Shown in pieces: positions 59,155 to 64,000 of a stretch of 64,000 nt of DNA (position 1 is the stretch's first letter; each line of letters begins with the position of its first letter). The notes under the pieces are model-generated. The model was not told the origin of the DNA and did not search any database. It was given only the letters and a program-made list of their open reading frames with translations. Source of the DNA: Hyphomicrobiales bacterium (GTDB taxonomy: Bacteria > Pseudomonadota > Alphaproteobacteria > Rhizobiales > NORP267); the NCBI GenBank assembly GCA_021775875.1, contig JAJFHA010000011.1, forward strand, positions 10,178 to 74,177, written 5' to 3'. The position numbers and the translations under genes were made by a program.

Positions 59155-60252
59155 TTAACCATCCTCTTGGTAGAGCAAGATGCTAAGTCCTGCAAGGGCA
59201 CCAACAATCCCTGGAGACCACGCAGCGAAAACAGGGTTAAGAAGACCTGCTTTTCCGAGATCACCGAGAAGCTTGGAAATAATGAAAAGCAGAAAGCCAA
59301 CAAGGACCCCGCCAAGGACCATTCTACCCACATTTCCGAACCTGAAAACGCGCAAGGATGTGGTTGCTGCGATCAGCACCATGGCGCATAAATAGAACGG
59401 TCTGGCGAGCAATTGCTGATATTGCATTTGGTATCCGGTCGCAGACAGGCCCGCTCGTGACGCCAATTCGACAAATTTGGGTAAATCCCAGAAGGATACG
59501 GTTTCCGGGTCGGAAAAGCTTTCCTGCACCTGGGTTGCCGTCAAATAGGTGCTCACGGAATAACTATCATGATGTTGCGGCTCGCGGTCACCGGACAAAA
59601 TCCAGACATCGCTCAATTCCCAGTAATTATTCCGCAAAATTGCAGATTCTGATTCAAGTCGTTCCACATAGGCGCCGTCATGATTGAAGGCAAAAATCGT
59701 CAGGTTTCTAAGCTCTGTACCCTTGTCAACCGCATGACGTGCATGAAAAACGGTCTGCCCGTCTATCCCGTCCTGGCGAAGCCAAACTCCTGAACCGGAA
59801 GAAGAAAATACCATGCTTGACCCTCCAAAAACTTCTGCTTCCATGCGCAAAAACTGCTCTTTGAGGTAGGCGGAGAACGGATTGAAGAGGGTGATGGCGA
59901 TGACCCCGATGAGAAATGCTGAGATCAGGGATGGCATGAGAAATTGCCAGACCGAGAGGCCCACCGAGCGCGCCACAACCAATTCGCTTTTGCTGCTCAG
60001 GCCCAAATAGGTGGCGATGGTAGCTATCAAAACCGCAAATGGCAAAACTTGTTCCGACCTGGAGGGGACTCGGAAAATTGCTAATTCTGCCAATCGGAAC
60101 ACAGAAGCCTCATCCACTGACGAACCGCGGCGCAACAAGTCTATGAAATCAACAAGGAATATCAGCATCAGGCAGGACAGAAAAATTACCGCGACGGTAA
60201 TCATAAACCGACGCGAAATGTACCAACCGAGTGTGAGCGGACGTGTCCCCAT
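59155..60252 (-). CDS. lptG: LPS export ABC permease LptG
   Basis: It has YjgP/YjgQ family topology and the N-terminus LGWYISRRF. It is adjacent to lptF. Confidence 0.9.
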   Translation of the reverse strand: MGTRPLTLGWYISRRFMITVAVIFLSCLMLIFLVDFIDLLRRGSSVDEASVFRLAELAIFRVPSRSEQVLPFAVLIATIATYLGLSSKSELVVARSVGLSVWQFLMPSLISAFLIGVIAITLFNPFSAYLKEQFLRMEAEVFGGSSMVFSSSGSGVWLRQDGIDGQTVFHARHAVDKGTELRNLTIFAFNHDGAYVERLESESAILRNNYWELSDVWILSGDREPQHHDSYSVSTYLTATQVQESFSDPETVSFWDLPKFVELASRAGLSATGYQMQYQQLLARPFYLCAMVLIAATTSLRVFRFGNVGRMVLGGVLVGFLLFIISKLLGDLGKAGLLNPVFAAWSPGIVGALAGLSILLYQEDG

Positions 60253-61481
60253 CAGCGCACAACTCCGCTATCTGCCTGGTTTTTGCGACCAAAGCTGAAC
60301 AGCCATTTCCAACCATATCTTGCGAAATAGGAATATATTTTGTTCTGGGTTTCAAGGGCTCGTTGAGCGAACCTCTCCAGCCGGGGGAATTGTTTTGAGG
60401 AGATAAATCCGAAGGCGAACAATGCTGTCAGAATGAATACAACAATCGGCGTCAAATAGAGAAGATAGACAGCAGCGGTCGAGGATGCCGACATATTACC
60501 AAAGGCAAACCCGGCTATGCGGGCAGAAAACGCGATCGCGGTTGCCAGAATAATGCCCCAATAGCGGTTTTGCCGTGTGGTACGGGCAAAGCCGACTGCG
60601 GCAAGCGCAATCATTACCATCATGAAGGGGTACAACGGACTGGAAAGCCGATAATGCAATTCGCTCCGGAATTTGCCGGGGGCATTTATAAAATACCTGT
60701 CGTCCGGGTCCGGGTTCATGAGATACAAAGTGGAACGCTCACGGGGATGACGAAAAGTAATTGTTATTTCCTGCTCAAACTGGGACAGATTAAAGGCATA
60801 GCGGCTAAAGACCACCGATTGCATTTTCGTAACATCGTCGGAATGTCGCTGAAACGAGCCATTTTCCATCAGAAGATAATTCTGGCCATTGTCACTGATC
60901 ATCCGCCCACGCTCGGCGAAATAAACCACCTTGGCTTCCGGATCTCGTTCATCGCTGACCAGCAAACCCAACAATTCCCCGTCCGGGTTACGTTCGCGCA
61001 CATGAAAAATGAGGTTTTGTTCCGGCCCTGAAAATTGCCCTTCGCGCAGCATCATGTTCAAAACATCGGTCTGAATTTCGGCCAAAAGTCCACGCATTTG
61101 CCCGGTTACGCGCGGCACAACTTCCAGATTTATCACCCCGATCCCGAAACTGACCAAAGCTGCCAGCACCATGAAAGGCGCAATAACCCGCCAACGTGAG
61201 GCACCCGCGGCGTTGATAACAACGAGTTCGTTATCGGAATTCAGCCTGTTGAGCGTGAAATTTGTGGCAATGAACAGCGCGATCGGAGCCAGAATTGAAA
61301 TAAATTTCGGCAGGATCAAAATCGTGATCAGAAAAAACACCCAGATAGTCTGGCTCTGCGACGTCATTAGATCGAAACGCCGGAGAACCTGCGTCAACCA
61401 GACGAGGGTTGTCAGGGTTCCGAGTGCCACAAGAAAGCCGAACAGAGCCTGGCGAAATATGTATCGGCTGATCAGGCTCAT
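60252..61481 (-). CDS. lptF: LPS export ABC permease LptF
   Basis: It has the N-terminus MSLISRYIFRQ and belongs to the YjgP/YjgQ family. The upstream 62 codons of the ORF are not protein-like. Confidence 0.9.
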   Translation of the reverse strand: MSLISRYIFRQALFGFLVALGTLTTLVWLTQVLRRFDLMTSQSQTIWVFFLITILILPKFISILAPIALFIATNFTLNRLNSDNELVVINAAGASRWRVIAPFMVLAALVSFGIGVINLEVVPRVTGQMRGLLAEIQTDVLNMMLREGQFSGPEQNLIFHVRERNPDGELLGLLVSDERDPEAKVVYFAERGRMISDNGQNYLLMENGSFQRHSDDVTKMQSVVFSRYAFNLSQFEQEITITFRHPRERSTLYLMNPDPDDRYFINAPGKFRSELHYRLSSPLYPFMMVMIALAAVGFARTTRQNRYWGIILATAIAFSARIAGFAFGNMSASSTAAVYLLYLTPIVVFILTALFAFGFISSKQFPRLERFAQRALETQNKIYSYFARYGWKWLFSFGRKNQADSGVVR

Positions 61482-61687
61482 GTAGTAGAATCCTGTGCGC
61501 TGCGTCTGCTGTCCGGAATAATCATGTGAGCCCGTGAAGCATCGATTCTGTTTGCCAATTATGCCTGTAAATAGATGGCAAAAATAGGACAATTCGGCTT
61601 CTGCACTATTGTTTGATTTGTGGTCAGACTTGCGATCACCCTTATCTTGTGCCACAGCCGGGGACATTGAAAAATATTGAGCGGGAA

Positions 61688-63202
61688 ATGGTGATGGCGA
61701 AAAAACTCACAATCGGATTTGGGTCGGCGAAAATTCCAGCCTCCGGCGACATAATAATCGTTGTTGGAGACAAAGGAGTATTTGGCAAGCTTGGCGCAGA
61801 ACTGGACAAACAACATGACGGGTTGCTAGCCAGCGCCGCCAAATCCGCTGATTTCAAGGGCACCGCCAATGCAACCATGGATGTTTGGACCCAGAGCAAA
61901 AATCAGGCTGAGCGTTGCGTCTTGCTGGGCATTGGTGGTGACGATGACCGCGCTGAAACCTCCTGGCTTGATCTGGGCGGAACCATATTAGCGGCGGCGG
62001 CATCTTCCTCTGCCAAATCGGCCACCATTCTGCTAGAGGACCCGGCGGGCGGAGAGATTTCAGGCGATCAGGCGGCGCTGGTTGCCATGGGCATGTTGCT
62101 TCGCGCCTATAAGTTTGAACAATATAAAACCAGCGAAAAGGCACGTAAGGCCAAAGCAAAAACCTTGCCGAAAATCACCGTCGCCACCGCCAATTCAACT
62201 GCCGCAAAACGGCGTTTTTCAGCGCTTTCAGCGGTTGGGGAAGGCGTCAATATCGCTCGTGATCTGGTCAACGAACCAGCTAATATTCTGGGTCCGGTGG
62301 AATTTGCAAACAAAGCAAAAGAGCTGAGTAAAATCGGTGTCGATGTCCAAATTCTGACCGAAAAAGAAATGAAAAAGCTGAAAATGGGATCGCTGCTCAG
62401 CGTATCTCAGGGCAGCGTGAAACCTGCGCGCATGGCGATCATGCGCTGGAACGGTGCCAAATCAAAAACCGCAGCTCCCGTCGCCTTCGTTGGCAAGGGT
62501 GTGGTCTTTGATACCGGCGGTATCTCGCTGAAACCCGGCGCCGGCATGGGTGACATGAAGGGCGATATGGGCGGCGCTGCAGCGGTCACCGGCCTGATGC
62601 ACGCACTTGCCGCCCGCAAAGCCAAAGTCAATGCGGTCGGCGTTATTGGCCTTGTTGAGAATATGCCCGACGGCGATGCCACCCGGCCTGGCGATATCGT
62701 GACCTCGATGTCAGGGCAAACAATCGAGATTTTGAATACCGACGCCGAGGGTCGTCTCGTTTTGGCGGACGCACTTTGGTACACCCAGAAGAAATTCAAA
62801 CCAAAAATTACCATCGATCTGGCAACCTTGACCGGCGCTATTCTAGTGGCGTTGGGGCAGGAACGTGCAGGCTTGTTTTCAAACGACGATGAATTGAGCG
62901 AGCAATTGTCAGCGGCTGGTGAGGCCACCGGCGAAAAAGTATGGCGGATGCCGCTCGGCAAAGCCTACGACAAGATGATCGATTCAAAGTTTGCCGACAT
63001 GAAAAATATCGGTGGGCGGTTTGCCGGTTCAACCACCGCCGCGCAATTTCTACTGCGCTATGTGAACGAAACCCCTTGGGCGCATCTGGATATTGCAGGA
63101 ACGGCGATGAATTCACCGGACACCAAAATCAACCGAAGCTGGGGATCAGGTTACGGCGTGCGCCTGCTTGATCGCCTGGTCGCGGATAATTACGAGAAAT
63201 AG
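61688..63202 (+). CDS. pepA: Leucyl aminopeptidase (M17)
   Basis: [16 protein letters not shown] and [14 protein letters not shown] are present. The start is at 61688 or 61694. Confidence 0.92.
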   Translation: MVMAKKLTIGFGSAKIPASGDIIIVVGDKGVFGKLGAELDKQHDGLLASAAKSADFKGTANATMDVWTQSKNQAERCVLLGIGGDDDRAETSWLDLGGTILAAAASSSAKSATILLEDPAGGEISGDQAALVAMGMLLRAYKFEQYKTSEKARKAKAKTLPKITVATANSTAAKRRFSALSAVGEGVNIARDLVNEPANILGPVEFANKAKELSKIGVDVQILTEKEMKKLKMGSLLSVSQGSVKPARMAIMRWNGAKSKTAAPVAFVGKGVVFDTGGISLKPGAGMGDMKGDMGGAAAVTGLMHALAARKAKVNAVGVIGLVENMPDGDATRPGDIVTSMSGQTIEILNTDAEGRLVLADALWYTQKKFKPKITIDLATLTGAILVALGQERAGLFSNDDELSEQLSAAGEATGEKVWRMPLGKAYDKMIDSKFADMKNIGGRFAGSTTAAQFLLRYVNETPWAHLDIAGTAMNSPDTKINRSWGSGYGVRLLDRLVADNYEK

Positions 63203-63220
63203 GCGGCTCATAAGTTCGGC

Positions 63221-63670
63221 ATGACCGAAATCCTGTTCTACCATATGGAGCGGCAGTCCCTTGAGCAGGTATTGCCCCAGCTTGTCTCCAAATGCGTTGA
63301 ACGAGATTGGCGCACCTTGATTGTGACATCTTCGGATGAACGTCTGGATGCTTTGGACAGCCAGCTTTGGACCTATGCCGAGCAGTCATTTCTGGCGCAC
63401 GGCAAGGTTGGTGATGGTGACGATGCCGAACAACCGGTTCTGCTTTCAACATCCGATGACCCGGTGAACAAAGCCGAAGTGTGTTTTTTGGTCGACGGGG
63501 CCAAGACCGATAAAACAAGTATATTCAACCGGATAGTCCATCTTTTTGATGGTCGACAGGAAGCCGCTGTTGAAGCCGCCCGTGATGCCTGGAAGGTGCT
63601 CGACCGGGAAGCTAACGAGGTCACCTATTGGCAGCAGGACAATTCCGGACAATGGATCAAGAAGGCCTGA
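63221..63670 (+). CDS. holC: DNA polymerase III chi subunit
   Basis: It is about 150 aa with the N-terminus FYHM. It lies directly after pepA, the conserved pairing. Confidence 0.8.
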   Translation: MTEILFYHMERQSLEQVLPQLVSKCVERDWRTLIVTSSDERLDALDSQLWTYAEQSFLAHGKVGDGDDAEQPVLLSTSDDPVNKAEVCFLVDGAKTDKTSIFNRIVHLFDGRQEAAVEAARDAWKVLDREANEVTYWQQDNSGQWIKKA

Positions 63671-63689
63671 AACGACGACAGGACAAAAT

Positions 63690-64000
63690 ATGCCGGTCTG
63701 GAAAGATGAAAAATTCATGGCCCGTCGCGGCAAAGCACGCGACCGGATCAAGCAAGAGCTGGGCCTTGGAATTGAGCCGGACGAGCGTCAAACCTGGTTT
63801 GAGGGCGTTTATGAATTGGCCGACGGTGATCCGGCTGGCATCCCCTGGGCCGATACGGAACCGCGTGCGCCGCTGGTCCGCTGGTTAAAGGAACAAACGC
63901 CGGAGCAACTCAAGGGCTATGCAATCGATGTGGCCAGCGGCCTTGGCGATAATGCTGAAGCTTTGAGTGGCGCCGGGTTCGATACAACCGCGTTTGATTT
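63690..64000 (+). CDS. Probable class I SAM-dependent methyltransferase, N-terminal fragment (runs off the window)
   Basis: I translated it by hand: MPVWKDEKF...PLVRWLKEQTPEQLKGYAIDVASGLGDNAEALSGAGFDTTAFD. It has a motif-I-like D.(A/G)SGLGDNA followed by an acidic residue. The frame is open to the window end. Confidence 0.5.
   Translation, partial: MPVWKDEKFMARRGKARDRIKQELGLGIEPDERQTWFEGVYELADGDPAGIPWADTEPRAPLVRWLKEQTPEQLKGYAIDVASGLGDNAEALSGAGFDTTAFD

Noticed and set aside
59130-59333. Long N-terminal extensions are implied by the maximal ORFs of lptD, lptF (61482-61667), rplI (41904-41996), rpsF (43758-43790) and the SDR (34509-34595).
   Set aside because: The extensions overlap upstream genes or lack protein-like composition. 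Internal ATGs with Shine-Dalgarno motifs, or canonical protein N-termini, give better gene models.
1-64000. I searched for CRISPR arrays, tRNA/rRNA genes and tandem repeats.
   Set aside because: I found no regularly spaced direct repeats, no cloverleaf-compatible intergenic sequence and no rRNA-like stretch while reading the intergenic regions. All sizeable gaps are promoter or terminator regions.

Overview
This 64-kb chromosomal window looks alphaproteobacterial, probably marine-type. The synteny supporting that is rpsF-rpsR-DUF2232-rplI, fabD-fabG-acpP-fabF-mltG, lptD-surA-pdxA-rsmA, and lptF/lptG divergent from pepA-holC. About 18.1-64 kb is ordinary, densely packed housekeeping: guaB/guaA, purF, radA, alr, dnaB, der, bamB, panB, gmk, a kef-type antiporter and others. 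I saw no rRNA, tRNA, CRISPR array, transposase or integrase. The first 17.7 kb is different: a redox island made of two convergent gene sets that almost abut at about 12.2 kb. The plus-strand set has three parts. (a) A di-haem cytochrome c peroxidase (cut by the window edge), a TAT-Rieske subunit and an AioA-fold molybdopterin subunit, an arrangement that resembles iodate reductase idrP-idrB-idrA more than a classical arsenite oxidase locus. (b) A 770-aa HEAT-repeat protein and a secreted protein with a type-1-copper ligand pattern. (c) A translationally coupled chain of tandem-USP/PCP_red, an Ahb/NirJ-type radical SAM-SPASM enzyme with a C-terminal PCP_red domain, a protoporphyrinogen-oxidase-like flavoprotein and a small anchored protein. 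The minus-strand set encodes two tiny membrane ORFs, a CydA-only 'bd-like' membrane haem protein, a di-haem cytochrome c and a membrane-anchored tri-haem cytochrome c fused to an EB_dh-like domain. It is preceded by a perfect FNR/CRP-family box (TTGAT-N4-ATCAA). I consider this combination the candidate undescribed system. All functional links are inferred from domain content and gene arrangement. No database search or computation was possible here, and the alignments were done by eye against remembered reference sequences.
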